DNA of 58,907 nucleotides, the filler included. It is 5 parts of 5 records of this genome, joined end to end, with 100 filler letters (N's around TTAATTAATTAA, not from the genome) between each part and the next. Parts side by side here need not be neighbours in the genome. Positions count along the whole stretch, not along the records: positions 1 to 20,116 come from SRR20825019_1878; 4 more parts are not named here. One strand, given 5' to 3'. Shown piece after piece: positions 8,864 through 19,307 of this stretch. The notes beneath the pieces are model-generated. The model saw only the letters and a list, made by a program, of their open reading frames with translations, had not been told where the DNA came from and ran no database searches. The position numbers were made by a program, and so were the translations under genes. How positions within the stretch are numbered: the stretch's first letter is position 1; the number at the start of each line of letters is the position of its first letter.

Positions 8864-9589
8864 ATGTCTCGACGCGCGAACACGTTATCACCGGGGATGG
8901 CAAAGCCTGAGCGGATCGCCACGGTTCTGGAGCGGGAAATTCGTTCAGGCGCCCTGGGGTTTGGCGAGCGGCTGCAAAGCGAAAATGAGCTGGTGCAGCG
9001 CTTTTCCGTCAGCCGCAACACGGTGCGGCGCGGCCTGGAAGAGCTCTCGGCGAGGGGGCTCATAACGACGAAGGTCGGTATCGGCTCCTTTGTCACGTTC
9101 GACGGAAAGATGGTCGATGACGGGATCGGCTGGTCGAAGGCCCTGGCTGACGCAGGGGCTAATGTCCAGACCCGCACGCTGCGTCTGGAAGTGATTGAAG
9201 ATCCGGAACTGGCCGAGATGCTCGGTATCGGGAAGTCGGCCTTCATCGCAGTCGATCGCGCACGCAGCAATGCGGGCACCGGATACGCCATCTCCATCGA
9301 GCGCTCGCGCCTTCCTCTGTCGCCCGAGCTGGAAGAAGTTCCCCTCAAAGGATTGCGGGAAGGCTCCCTGCACCAGACGTTGCGGGGCGCTGGGCTTGTT
9401 CCGGATCATGGAGAAGAGTGGGCCGACATCGAAATGCTGTCGCCTGAGGATGCGGCCATCCTCGGGTGCGAAACAGGAACACCGTTTCTGCGAACGCGCC
9501 GCGTGACACGAAGGCCAAACGGATATCCGATCGAGTATGTCACCAGCTTGCTCAACCCCACGCATTTTGCCCTGCATCTGGAGTTCTGA
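8864..9589 (+). CDS. GntR/HutC-family regulator with UTRA domain
   Basis: SENELVQRFSVSRNTVR wHTH, G.GSFV, UTRA C-terminus PIEYVTSLL. Confidence 0.93.
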   Translation: MSRRANTLSPGMAKPERIATVLEREIRSGALGFGERLQSENELVQRFSVSRNTVRRGLEELSARGLITTKVGIGSFVTFDGKMVDDGIGWSKALADAGANVQTRTLRLEVIEDPELAEMLGIGKSAFIAVDRARSNAGTGYAISIERSRLPLSPELEEVPLKGLREGSLHQTLRGAGLVPDHGEEWADIEMLSPEDAAILGCETGTPFLRTRRVTRRPNGYPIEYVTSLLNPTHFALHLEF

Positions 9590-9592
9590 GGC

Positions 9593-10624
9593 ATGTCGGA
9601 CAGGTCAGTTGCAGAGGACCGGGCAAAGGCTGCGTTGATCGGAGGGGCGTTGGGCGATGCGCTTGGCATGCCGACCCAATTGCTCTCCCCTGCCCAGATC
9701 GGCGAGGCTTACGGCTTCGTCGAGAATTTCGTTGTGCCGGCTCCCGACCACCCCGTATCGAAAGGGTTGCCGGCCGGCGCGATCACCGACGACACCGAAC
9801 AGGCACTGCTGCTGGCGCAAATCCTGCTTGAATCCGGGGACACGTTTGATCACCGCCGGTGGGTGAATGCGCTTGTCGAGTGGGAGCGTGACGTCAAGGC
9901 CCGCGGAAGCTACGATCTGCTTGGCCCTTCCACCAAACGCGCCATAGACGCCATCAACAGCGGCACGCCGCCTGAAGAGGCGGGGCGCGACGGCGACACC
10001 AACGGTGCCGCCATGCGCATCGCCCCGGTCGGTATCATGATGCCGGCCAGTGCACCGGCTGCGCTGGTCGCCAAGGTGGCCGAAACCTGCCGTGCAACCC
10101 ACAACACATCCATGGCGATTGCTTCGGCGGCGGCAGTGGCGGCTGCCGTGAGTCATGGTGTTTCTGGCAGCGACTGGCGGCATGCGGCCAAGCACGCCAT
10201 TGACGCCGCGAAGCTGGGTGCAGGCCATGGGCACTGGGTAGCGGGCCCTGATATTTCAGCCCGCATTCGTTGGGCGACAGACCTCGTGCGCAAAGAGCCT
10301 GCAGAACGCGCGATCGGGTTGATTTCGGAGCTTATCGGCACAGGTGTGGCAAGCCAGCAGTCTGTACCGGCTGCTTTCGCTGTTCTCGAGGTGGCACAGG
10401 GAGATCCCTGGCGTGCTGCGGTCATCAGCGCCAATCTGGGTGGAGATACCGATACGATTGGGGCGATCGCGGCAGGCATGGCGGGCGCCTGCGCAGGCAT
10501 GAATAGCCTGCCGCAAGACCGTATCGCCCAGTTGAACGGGCTCGATATGGGGGTGGTTGAAACATTGTCCGCGAAGCTCGTTGCAGAGCGCTTCCGCCGT
10601 TTCGGAGACGAGGAGGCAGCATGA
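9593..10624 (+). CDS. ADP-ribosylglycohydrolase family protein (YegU-like)
   Basis: GDALGMP, TDDTEQ, TNGAAMR, GGDTDTIGAIA metal-binding motifs. Confidence 0.93.
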   Translation: MSDRSVAEDRAKAALIGGALGDALGMPTQLLSPAQIGEAYGFVENFVVPAPDHPVSKGLPAGAITDDTEQALLLAQILLESGDTFDHRRWVNALVEWERDVKARGSYDLLGPSTKRAIDAINSGTPPEEAGRDGDTNGAAMRIAPVGIMMPASAPAALVAKVAETCRATHNTSMAIASAAAVAAAVSHGVSGSDWRHAAKHAIDAAKLGAGHGHWVAGPDISARIRWATDLVRKEPAERAIGLISELIGTGVASQQSVPAAFAVLEVAQGDPWRAAVISANLGGDTDTIGAIAAGMAGACAGMNSLPQDRIAQLNGLDMGVVETLSAKLVAERFRRFGDEEAA

Positions 10625-11601
10625 CGCGTCTCATCCATGCCGGCAGTGCCGTTGTTGATTACGTCTACCGGATCGACACCTTGCCGAAACCGGGGGGCGA
10701 AAAGACTGCATCGAGCTACAACCGCATCGCCGGCGGTGGCTTCAACGTGATGGTCGCAGCCAGACGGGCCGGTCTGCCGGTTGCGTTTGCCGGTCGCCAT
10801 GGCACAGGACCGGAGGGGGATTTTCTGCGTGCAGCGTTTGCTGTCGAAGGGGTGGAAACATTGACCCCGCGCGCGCCCGACCTCGACAGTGGAAACTGTG
10901 TGGTGTTGGTCACTGCCGATGCCGAACGAACCTTTGTCTCCTGGCCCGGTGCAGAAGCGGTGCTGACGATCGCGGACCTGGCCCCGGTAACCGTACAGGA
11001 CACCGATTGGGTTTTCATATCCGGCTACACACTGTCTTACCCCGGCAGCCGTGAGGCACTGGCCGACTGGGTCGAGGCCCTGCCGCCGGGCATCCCGGTC
11101 ATTTTCGACCCGACTCCGGTCGTAGCGGACATCCCTTCTTTTATCCGTGCCCGGGTTCTGGCCCGCAGCACCTGGCTGAGCTGCAATGTCGCAGAAGCGC
11201 GCGCGATTGCCGGTGCGTCCGAACCTGCCACCAACGCTGCTCTTCTCATGTCTGAACACTGTCCGGGGGCAGATGGTGTGGTCATTCGCTCCGGTGCATT
11301 TGGCGCATATCTTCTGTTGCGGGATGGAAGCGATGGCGCCGTCGACGGATTCTCAGTGCCTGCGGTAGACACAAACGGCGCCGGTGACACGCATATCGGG
11401 GCCTTTGTTGCTGCCTTGGCGCGGCATGAACAACCTTTCGCGGCCCTACGCTATGCCAACGCAGCGGCTGCGATATCGGTGAGCCGGCATGGTGGTTGCG
11501 CTGCGCCCCGCGACGCCGAAATACGGTCTTTCCTGGCAGAGCGGAATCACGCCGAGGCTGACGAGCCGGTGCGCAGGGATGAGATGCGCAGGCAACAATA
11601 A
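10621..11601 (+). CDS. PfkB-family carbohydrate kinase (YegV-like)
   Basis: GGGFNVMVAA, DAERTFVS, VDTNGAGDTHIG. Confidence 0.93.
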   Translation: MTRLIHAGSAVVDYVYRIDTLPKPGGEKTASSYNRIAGGGFNVMVAARRAGLPVAFAGRHGTGPEGDFLRAAFAVEGVETLTPRAPDLDSGNCVVLVTADAERTFVSWPGAEAVLTIADLAPVTVQDTDWVFISGYTLSYPGSREALADWVEALPPGIPVIFDPTPVVADIPSFIRARVLARSTWLSCNVAEARAIAGASEPATNAALLMSEHCPGADGVVIRSGAFGAYLLLRDGSDGAVDGFSVPAVDTNGAGDTHIGAFVAALARHEQPFAALRYANAAAAISVSRHGGCAAPRDAEIRSFLAERNHAEADEPVRRDEMRRQQ

Positions 11602-11632
11602 CAACGATGGCACAAAAAGAGAGGAACAACCG

Positions 11633-12688
11633 ATGACCAAATTGCTTGGGAAACTGGCAGCGCAAGCAGTGCTGCTCTCCGTGTGTGCGGTTTCCGCCCA
11701 TGCCGCCGAGCTGCATGTGCTCAACTGGAAGGGGTATGGCGCTGACGAGCCCTGGGCTGTGGAAGCGTTCGAGAAAGCGACGGGCCACAAGGTGGTCAAC
11801 GACTTCTTCAACTCCGAACAGGAAATGCTGACCAAGCTGAGGACGAATCCCGGCCTCTACGATGTTGTCATGATCAATGCGGCGTTCACCGGTCAGGCAC
11901 TGGCGGAATCTCTCATCCAGCCGATAGACACCGCAAAAATCCCGAATTACGCGGACATTTCCGGCGACAAGGCCAGCTCGCCCATGCTGAATCAGGACGG
12001 CAAGGTCTACGGTGTGCCATGGGTTTGGGGACTGACTGCGATCGCCGTCAACGACAAGTCGTTCGAGACGCTGCCGACCAGCATCTCGGTCATGTGGGAT
12101 GAGGCGCACAAGGGCAGGGTCGTCATTCGTGATGACGCCGTCGAGGCTATCCAGTTCGGTGCGATCGCCTCGGGGCAAGACATCAATGACATCAAGGACA
12201 TGGATGCGGTGAAGGAGAAGCTCACTTCGCTCATGCCACAGATCCGCACCTTCTGGAGCTCTGAGAATGACTGGAACCAGATGGTCGCTTCGAACCAGAT
12301 CGATATTGGCACATACTGGTCCGGCTCGGCTGATCGTGCCAAGACCCAGTTCAACCTGCCGGTCAGTCTGGTAATCCCGGAGGAGGGAGCCGTTGCCTGG
12401 CTCGACGCCTTCTCCATTCCCGTCGGCTCCGACAATGTCGAGGGTGCTGAAGCCTTTATCAACTACATGATAGATCCGGAGTTTTACGTCGAATGGGTCA
12501 CGAAAGTCGGTGCGCCGGTTTCCGCCAATGAAAAGGCAGTCGCGGCTCTTCCCGAAGATGCATTCAACAGGGCAGTGATGGGCGACCCCAAAGTGGCGGA
12601 TCGCATCCAGTTTCAGGCTCCCGTCACTGATGAGCAGAGAGAGAAATATCTGGCCATCTGGCAGGAACTCAAGGTTGAGGCGAAATAG
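11633..12688 (+). CDS. PotD-like ABC substrate-binding protein
   Basis: Signal peptide ending AHA, LHVLNWKGY, YGVPWVWG, PEEGAVAWLD. Confidence 0.9.
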   Translation: MTKLLGKLAAQAVLLSVCAVSAHAAELHVLNWKGYGADEPWAVEAFEKATGHKVVNDFFNSEQEMLTKLRTNPGLYDVVMINAAFTGQALAESLIQPIDTAKIPNYADISGDKASSPMLNQDGKVYGVPWVWGLTAIAVNDKSFETLPTSISVMWDEAHKGRVVIRDDAVEAIQFGAIASGQDINDIKDMDAVKEKLTSLMPQIRTFWSSENDWNQMVASNQIDIGTYWSGSADRAKTQFNLPVSLVIPEEGAVAWLDAFSIPVGSDNVEGAEAFINYMIDPEFYVEWVTKVGAPVSANEKAVAALPEDAFNRAVMGDPKVADRIQFQAPVTDEQREKYLAIWQELKVEAK

Positions 12689-12766
12689 TCAGAAAAAGAA
12701 CACGTGCATCCCGCTCACATGAGGCAAAGGGCGGGATGCGGCGCCGGGACCATCGGGAGGAGAGCC

Positions 12767-13630
12767 ATGGCAACATCGATCCGCGGGAGAGGGGGCATCG
12801 GACCAGCGCTGCCGCTGCTCACACCCGCCTATCTTTGGCTTGCCGTGGCCATCTTCCTTCCACTCTCGGCGATGGCGCTTTTTTCCTTCATGACCGACCT
12901 GCCCATGTCTGGCAGGGATTGGTCCTTGACCCTTGAACACTACGCTGCGTTCTTTTCAAGCGGGCTGTATGTCACCTTGCTCTGGGCGTCGGTCCGTCTC
13001 GGCCTCGAGGTGACGCTCTGGTGCGCGGTGATTGGGTTTCCGGCAGCCTATGTGTTGGCAAGGGTTCTCAAAGGCAGGGCGCGAGAAGCGATATTCCTCC
13101 TGGTCATCCTTCCCTTCTGGTCAAATGGCCTCGTCCGCATCTTCTCCTGGGCCATGGTGCTTCGGGAAGGGGGGCTGCTGGACACGGTGCTGAACGCCAT
13201 CTCGCCGTTCCGGATCGACATTGACCTCATGTATTCCTATCCGGCGGTGATCATCGGTCTCGTTCATTCATACGTGCCATACATGGTCCTGACCTGCTAC
13301 CTGACCCTGCAGGCAATCGACAACGCGCTCATCGAGGCGGCTCGCTCATTGGGTGCCTCGAGACTGCAGACGCTGCGGCGCGTGGTTCTGCCACTCGCCA
13401 TGCCCGGCCTGCTTGCCGGTTCCGTTCTGATATTTGTGCCCGTTGTTGGCTCGTTCATGGAACCCCGCATCCTGGGCGGGCGCACCGGAACGTTCTACGG
13501 CACGGTGATCGAGGATCAGTTTGTTGCCGTCTTCAACTGGCCGCTGGGCGCGGCGCTCTCCTTCATTCTGCTGGCTGTGGTGCTCGTCATTCTCAGCCTG
13601 TCTGCGCCGATCCTGAGAAGGGTGCAATAA
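12767..13630 (+). CDS. PotB-like ABC permease
   Basis: LPFWSNGLVRIFSW, EAARSLGAS, NWPLGAALS. Confidence 0.92.
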   Translation: MATSIRGRGGIGPALPLLTPAYLWLAVAIFLPLSAMALFSFMTDLPMSGRDWSLTLEHYAAFFSSGLYVTLLWASVRLGLEVTLWCAVIGFPAAYVLARVLKGRAREAIFLLVILPFWSNGLVRIFSWAMVLREGGLLDTVLNAISPFRIDIDLMYSYPAVIIGLVHSYVPYMVLTCYLTLQAIDNALIEAARSLGASRLQTLRRVVLPLAMPGLLAGSVLIFVPVVGSFMEPRILGGRTGTFYGTVIEDQFVAVFNWPLGAALSFILLAVVLVILSLSAPILRRVQ

Positions 13631-14418
13631 TGTTCACGACCCGTCTGCTCGAGGCGCTCGGCCGTGTGTGGATCGTGCTGCTGCTCTCTTTTCTCTACCT
13701 GCCGATCTGCATCATGGCGTTGATGTCGTTCAACGCTTCCCCATTCTACCAATTGCCGTTCGAATGGACGACGGGCTGGTATGCCGATCTTTCACGAAAC
13801 GGACGACTTCTTGCCGCAACCTGGAATTCCCTCCAGATCGCGGTCTTCACCACGGCAATCGCTACCGTGCTGGGGACAGCGGCATCGATAGCGCTGTTTC
13901 GCTATGAGTTTCGCGGCAAGAGACTGCTTCAGGCCCTGCTGTTCCCGCCCATAGCCATTCCATGGCTGATCACCGGCACCGCAATGTTGATCTTCTTCTT
14001 CGGCGTCGGCATCGGGCGTGGCCTTCACGCCATCCTGCTTGGCCATGTTGCTCTCGCGCTGCCCTATGTCATCGTTGTCGTTTCCGCGCGCCTGCAGACC
14101 TTCGCTCCTGAGCTTGAAGAAGCCGCCCGTTCGCTGGGCGCCAGCCAGTGGCAGGTCACCACGCGGGTCACACTCCCGTGGATCATGCCGGGGGTGATCG
14201 CCGGTGGTCTGTTCGCTTTCGCGGTTTCATTCGACCAGTTCGTCGTTTCCTATTTCCTTTCGACTCCGGGCGAAGCGACACTTCCGGTGGAGATCTATGC
14301 GGCAATCCGCAAGGGTTTCACGCCTGAGATCAATGCCGTATCCACCATCATAATAGGCATATCCATGGGACTGATGCTCGTCACCGCCCGCTTCTTCAAG
14401 TTCGGGGGGGAGAAATAA
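13630..14418 (+). CDS. PotC-like ABC permease
   Basis: FLYLPI, LEEAARSLGAS, TLPVEIY..IRKG.TPEINA. Confidence 0.92.
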   Translation: MFTTRLLEALGRVWIVLLLSFLYLPICIMALMSFNASPFYQLPFEWTTGWYADLSRNGRLLAATWNSLQIAVFTTAIATVLGTAASIALFRYEFRGKRLLQALLFPPIAIPWLITGTAMLIFFFGVGIGRGLHAILLGHVALALPYVIVVVSARLQTFAPELEEAARSLGASQWQVTTRVTLPWIMPGVIAGGLFAFAVSFDQFVVSYFLSTPGEATLPVEIYAAIRKGFTPEINAVSTIIIGISMGLMLVTARFFKFGGEK

Positions 14419-14421
14419 ACA

Positions 14422-15483
14422 ATGGCCGAGGTCGTCGTCGACAGGGTTTCGCGTTCCTTCGGTTCGCACAAGGCACTGGATGAGGTGTCCATCGCCTTTC
14501 CCGACAGGGGATTTTATGGATTGCTTGGCCCATCGGGCTCCGGCAAGACCACTTTGCTGCGCATGATAGCCGGGTTCGACTTTCCCGATGCCGGGCGTAT
14601 TGCCATTGGCGGCGAAGGGGTCGAGCGTGTGCCGGTGGAAAAGCGGCGTATCGGAATGGTGTTTCAGAATTACGCGCTTTTCCCGAACATGAGCGTTGCC
14701 GAGAATGTGGCGTTCGGCCTTTCGGTTCGGGGCGAAACCAGAGCCACGATCGAAGTTGAGGTGAAACGCGCGCTTGATCTCGTTCAATTGGGGCAGCTTG
14801 GAGAACGGCGTCCGCACCAGTTGTCGGGCGGGCAACGCCAGCGCGTGGCGCTTGCGCGGGCAATCGTGACCAAGCCCCGTGTGCTCTTGCTGGACGAGCC
14901 GCTGTCAGCGCTCGACAAGGCGCTGCGCGTGGACATGCAGATCGAGTTGAAGCGTATCCAGCGCGAGATCGGAATCACCACGATCTTCGTCACCCACGAT
15001 CAGGAGGAAGCGCTGACGATGAGCGACCGTATTGGCATTTTGCGCGACGGTCGTCTGGTTCAGGAGGGCCCACCCGAGGAGATATACGACAGGCCGGAGA
15101 GTGAATTCGCGGCGACCTTCCTCGGCGATGCCAACATCCTTCGCGGTGTTGCGACCGGCAGTGGCATAAGCCTGCCGGATGGCACGATCATCAGTGCAAA
15201 CCATGGAGCGAGCCCGGCGATCGGGTCAAGAGCAGGCTGCGCCGTGCGGCCCGAACGCATAAGCATCGGCGAGGTCGACAGCGCCACCCAGGGAGAGGAA
15301 AACCGCCTGAAGGGGCGTGTTTCGAAACGCATTTTCGGGGGCAACAGCAGTACCTACTTCGTCGATCACGGCGGGGACGTCATCAAGGTCCACGTGCAAA
15401 ACAGCGGTGGCCCGAAACTGGCCGAGGGCCAGGACGTGATTTTGAGGTGGTCGCCTGACAGTGCGGTGCTTATCGATATGTGA
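14422..15483 (+). CDS. PotA-like ABC ATPase
   Basis: GPSGSGKT, LSGGQRQR, LLLDEP, VTHDQEEA, C-terminal TOBE region. Confidence 0.95.
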   Translation: MAEVVVDRVSRSFGSHKALDEVSIAFPDRGFYGLLGPSGSGKTTLLRMIAGFDFPDAGRIAIGGEGVERVPVEKRRIGMVFQNYALFPNMSVAENVAFGLSVRGETRATIEVEVKRALDLVQLGQLGERRPHQLSGGQRQRVALARAIVTKPRVLLLDEPLSALDKALRVDMQIELKRIQREIGITTIFVTHDQEEALTMSDRIGILRDGRLVQEGPPEEIYDRPESEFAATFLGDANILRGVATGSGISLPDGTIISANHGASPAIGSRAGCAVRPERISIGEVDSATQGEENRLKGRVSKRIFGGNSSTYFVDHGGDVIKVHVQNSGGPKLAEGQDVILRWSPDSAVLIDM

Positions 15484-15565
15484 GGCACTTCCAACCGGCT
15501 TCAAAGACGCCTATCACCTCATTGCATTGGCTTTGAGGAAAATCTTTGACTGGGAGTATCTGAGG

Positions 15566-15928
15566 ATGACGGTTGGAAATCCTGTCGTGATCTATGGCAT
15601 CAAGAACTGCGACACAATGAAGAAGGCGAGAGCCTGGCTTGAGGCCCATGACATTGCCCATACGTTTCACGACTACAAGGCCGCCGGCATCGAACGCGAC
15701 CGTCTGAAAGCATGGGTGGAGGAAGTCGGCTGGGAAAAGCTTCTGAATCGCGCTGGAACAACCTTTCGCAAGCTTTCGGATGCCGAGAAGGCGGATATGG
15801 ATGCCGAAAAGGCAATCCGCCTGATGGAACAACAGCCAAGCATGATAAAGCGCCCGGTACTCGATCTCGGAAACCGTCGTGTGGTCGGCTTCAAACCCGA
15901 GATTTACGAAGCCGGGTTCGCTTCCTGA
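15566..15928 (+). CDS. ArsC/Spx family reductase (YffB-like)
   Basis: YGIKNCDTMKKARAWL, LLNRAGTTFRKL, PSMIKRPVL. Confidence 0.93.
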   Translation: MTVGNPVVIYGIKNCDTMKKARAWLEAHDIAHTFHDYKAAGIERDRLKAWVEEVGWEKLLNRAGTTFRKLSDAEKADMDAEKAIRLMEQQPSMIKRPVLDLGNRRVVGFKPEIYEAGFAS

Positions 15929-16029
15929 GCACAACCGAAGCCGTGCTCTGGTGCGGCGCGGCTGCGCCTTGCACGGAAAGCCTTTCTTGCCTTGCTTTCT
16001 CACAGTTGGGATAAAACGAATGTTCCACC

Positions 16030-17601
16030 GTGCGGAAGGGGGACTTCGTGCGTATAAAGCAGGTCATGTTCGCTCTGATCTTCATAACCGCTGCCATCGT
16101 TCTGGCGGTGATCGTCCTGCGGTTGGTGTTCGCACTGCCAGATATTTCGCAACGAGAGCGCCAGGAGGCGTTGGCCGCGGACCCTTCAACGCTGCTTGGC
16201 CGGCTGCTCGAGACGGGCGCTACAGCGCATCCGGGCAAGACCGGCGTGCTGCCGCTTGCCGATGGCAAGGATGCGCTGGCGAGCCGGCTGGAGCTGATCG
16301 AGCGCGCGCAAGGCTCCATCGACGCGCAATATTACATCTGGCACGATGACACCTCGGGGATTCTGCTGCTGGATGCTCTGCGCGAGGCCGCAGCTCGCGG
16401 GGTGCGGGTGCGCTTGTTGCTCGACGACAATGGCGTACCGGGGCTTGATCTCTATATGGCTGCCCTAAACGCCTTGCCGAACTTCCACATTCGCCTCTTC
16501 AACCCGTCCACGGTACGCCGGCCAAAACTTTTCGGCTACACGTTCGATTTCTTTCGCATGAATCGGCGCATGCACAACAAGTCCTTCATTGTTGACGGCG
16601 CTGCGGCAATCGTTGGCGGCCGCAATATCGGCGACGAGTATTTTCAGATCGGCGAAGCATTCTACGTGGACATGGATGTTCTGGCGACCGGAGCGATCCT
16701 TCCCGAAACGGCTATGGTGTTCGATGAATACTGGAACAGCGCCTCGGTGTTTGAAGTCGAAAAGATCATTTCCGGGCCCGGAGATCTCCAGGGTTTCCAT
16801 GCGCGTGTCGCACAGGTGCGCGCAAGCGAAGAGGCACGAACGGTTCTGGCAGACCTCGAAAGCAGTGCAGATCGCTACGCCAGAGGCGGTGCTGCACTGG
16901 AATGGACGGACGTGCAGCTCGTCGCCGACGATCCGGTGAAAGGAGAGGGAAAGGCCACGCGTGACCAGTTGATGATCATGCGCCTTGGCGCGATCCTGGG
17001 TGAGGCGCGTCAAAGGCTCGATCTGATTTCAGCCTACTTTGTGCCGGGCAGGATCGGAAGCAGCTATTTCAGCGATCTGGCAAAGGCCGGCAAACAGGTG
17101 CACATTCTGACCAACGCCCTCAACACGACGGATGTGCTCCTCGTGCACAGCGGCTATGCCAAGTATCGTCGTGGCCTTCTTGAGGCGGGGGTGAAGCTCT
17201 ACGAATTGAAACTGCGTGGTGGCGTGACTCAGGAATCAGAATTCCAGCTAAAGCCTTTCGGCCTCTCGGGCGCCAGTCTGCATGCAAAGACCTTCGCGGT
17301 TGATGGCGAGCGCATCTTTATTGGGTCGTTCAACTTCGATCCGCGATCAGCGATCCTGAACTGCGAGATGGGCTTCCTGATTGACAGTGAAAGCATGGCC
17401 CGAAAAATCAGCGAGGGGTTCGACGACAGATTGGGGCTGGTCAGCTATCAGCCTCGGTTGACCCCCGAGAACAAGATGGTCTGGGTGGAAGAACGGCGCC
17501 AGCAGGACCCGATCATCTATCAGGAAGAGCCCGGTGCGACCTGGTTCCGGCAGATCGCGGCGGTGGTGGTCGGCTGGCTTCCGGTGGAGTGGCTTCTCTA
17601 G
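16030..17601 (+). CDS. clsC: Phospholipase D family cardiolipin synthase C (ClsC/YmdC-like)
   Basis: Two HKD motifs (RMHNKSFIVD, LHAKTFAVD), GGRNIGDEYF, GSFNFDPRS, LPVEWLL end. Confidence 0.88.
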   Translation: MRKGDFVRIKQVMFALIFITAAIVLAVIVLRLVFALPDISQRERQEALAADPSTLLGRLLETGATAHPGKTGVLPLADGKDALASRLELIERAQGSIDAQYYIWHDDTSGILLLDALREAAARGVRVRLLLDDNGVPGLDLYMAALNALPNFHIRLFNPSTVRRPKLFGYTFDFFRMNRRMHNKSFIVDGAAAIVGGRNIGDEYFQIGEAFYVDMDVLATGAILPETAMVFDEYWNSASVFEVEKIISGPGDLQGFHARVAQVRASEEARTVLADLESSADRYARGGAALEWTDVQLVADDPVKGEGKATRDQLMIMRLGAILGEARQRLDLISAYFVPGRIGSSYFSDLAKAGKQVHILTNALNTTDVLLVHSGYAKYRRGLLEAGVKLYELKLRGGVTQESEFQLKPFGLSGASLHAKTFAVDGERIFIGSFNFDPRSAILNCEMGFLIDSESMARKISEGFDDRLGLVSYQPRLTPENKMVWVEERRQQDPIIYQEEPGATWFRQIAAVVVGWLPVEWLL

Positions 17602-17641
17602 CACGGGTTCCAACTGGCATTTGAGGTCGAACGGAGGGAAT

Positions 17642-18153
17642 ATGAAGCACTGGATGTTGTGTTTGCTCGCCGGCATCGTTGCTTTGGTCGGCGGCCTTGC
17701 CGCTCTTTTCAACCTCGGCTCCGCTTCCAGTTGGACACTGACATTGGGTGGCTGGGCCCTGATCATCGCCGGCGCCCTGCAGGGGTGGGCGGCCTATAAG
17801 GCACCCAGTGTCCCCACGATGATCGGTGCCGGGCTGCTGGCACTCGCCGGCATCTTTCTCGGCCTGTCTCTTCTGTTCGGCCCGTTCGGCGATGGTCGCA
17901 TGTTGCAATTTCTCCTTGGAGCACTCTTGATTGCATCGGGGCCGCGAAACTCTGGGTGGGGCGCAGCCTGCGCGGTGATCGCGCATTTCCCGTGCTTCTC
18001 TGCGCGGGCGGCGTTTCCGTGGTCCTTGGGGGGATCGTGCTTCTCGGGGTGACGATCAATTTCGGTCTGATCGTGGCTCTGGAATTGTTGGCCAGCGGCG
18101 TCGCGCTGGTGCTGCTGTCATTGCGATTGAAAAGACATGCTGGAGAAAACTGA
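17642..18153 (+). pseudogene. HdeD/DUF308 membrane protein with a -1 frameshift
   Basis: MKHW.LCLLAGIVALVGG... One extra G in the G4 run at ~17938-17941 restores ASGAAKLWVGRSLRG...; pseudogene or read error. Confidence 0.7.
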
Positions 18154-19225
18154 CCCGCTTCGCGCATTTATCATCCTGGTTCTTGCCGTCATTCTCACGG
18201 TTTTGGTCGGGTGGATACTGGTTGTCGGGCGCTCGGTCCTGATGCCGATCTTCATTGCGGTGATCTCAGTCTATGTTCTCTTGACCGCGTCCGAAGCGCT
18301 GGGGAGATTGCCAGTGCTTGGCCGACTACCAGAGTGGATGCGGCGCGGCCTTGTTCTGGCGATTTTCGTTCTGGCCCTGGTCATGCTGGCCAGTGTGCTG
18401 GTCGGCACAGCCGAACAGGTGATCGCGCGTCTGCCAGTGTATCAGAAAAACCTGACGGACATGCTCACCGGCATCCTTTCGCGGTTCGACATCGAAGAGA
18501 TTCCCAATCTCTCAACTCTCGTTGAAACACTGTGGGGACGCATCAACCTGCAACGCCTCGCGGCCGTCAGTCTTGGTTCGGTCGGATCCCTGGCCGGCAT
18601 CATCTTCATGGCCGTTGTCTACTCGACCTTTTTGATGGCAGAGCGGGGGGGCTTTGCCAGAAAGATAGCGGCGGCTCTTCCCAGAGACAGGGCCAGCCAG
18701 ACCCACACGATTGTGCGCGACATCAACCGCAGCATTGGAGAGTATCTGGCGGTCAAGACATTCGTGAACATCATCCTCGGCGTTCTCTCCTTCGTTGTGC
18801 TCAAGCTCTTTGGTGTCGACTTCGCTCTTTTCTGGGCCGTCTTGATCGGACTCTTGAACTACATTCCCTATGTCGGATCACTCATGGGAGTGATGTTCCC
18901 GGTGCTCCTCACACTGGCACAGTACGGCTCACTCCAGACCACGCTTCTGGTGGCGGTTTTGCTGACCTCGGCACAGATGTGGGTGGGCAATGCCCTGGAA
19001 CCGCGCATGATCGGCCGCAGGATAAACATGTCGCCGTTCGTTGTGCTGGTGTCGCTCGCCCTGTGGTCGTCTCTTTGGGGCATTCCCGGCGCTATCCTCG
19101 CCATCCCGCTCACCTCCATTATCGCCATCATCATGGCCAACTTCGAGAGCACGCGACCGATCGCCCTGCTTCTGGCTGACGATGTTCAGGCTGTGCTGCA
19201 CAATGGCGAAGATGAGACTCGGTGA
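18137..19225 (+). CDS. AI-2E family transporter
   Basis: LNYIPYVG, GNALEPRMIG, LWGIPGAILAIP. Confidence 0.92.
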   Translation: MLEKTDPLRAFIILVLAVILTVLVGWILVVGRSVLMPIFIAVISVYVLLTASEALGRLPVLGRLPEWMRRGLVLAIFVLALVMLASVLVGTAEQVIARLPVYQKNLTDMLTGILSRFDIEEIPNLSTLVETLWGRINLQRLAAVSLGSVGSLAGIIFMAVVYSTFLMAERGGFARKIAAALPRDRASQTHTIVRDINRSIGEYLAVKTFVNIILGVLSFVVLKLFGVDFALFWAVLIGLLNYIPYVGSLMGVMFPVLLTLAQYGSLQTTLLVAVLLTSAQMWVGNALEPRMIGRRINMSPFVVLVSLALWSSLWGIPGAILAIPLTSIIAIIMANFESTRPIALLLADDVQAVLHNGEDETR

Positions 19226-19253
19226 ATTCCGGGTCGCGCAGGCGCTCTCTCTA

Positions 19254-19284
19254 AAACAAAACGGCCCCGCGATGCAGGGCCGTT
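19254..19284 (-). terminator. Intrinsic terminator of the small secreted protein gene
   Basis: AACGGCCC-9nt-GGGCCGTT stem followed on the minus strand by TTGTTTT. Confidence 0.7.
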
Positions 19285-19307
19285 GGACCTCGAAAACCGG
19301 TCGGCGA

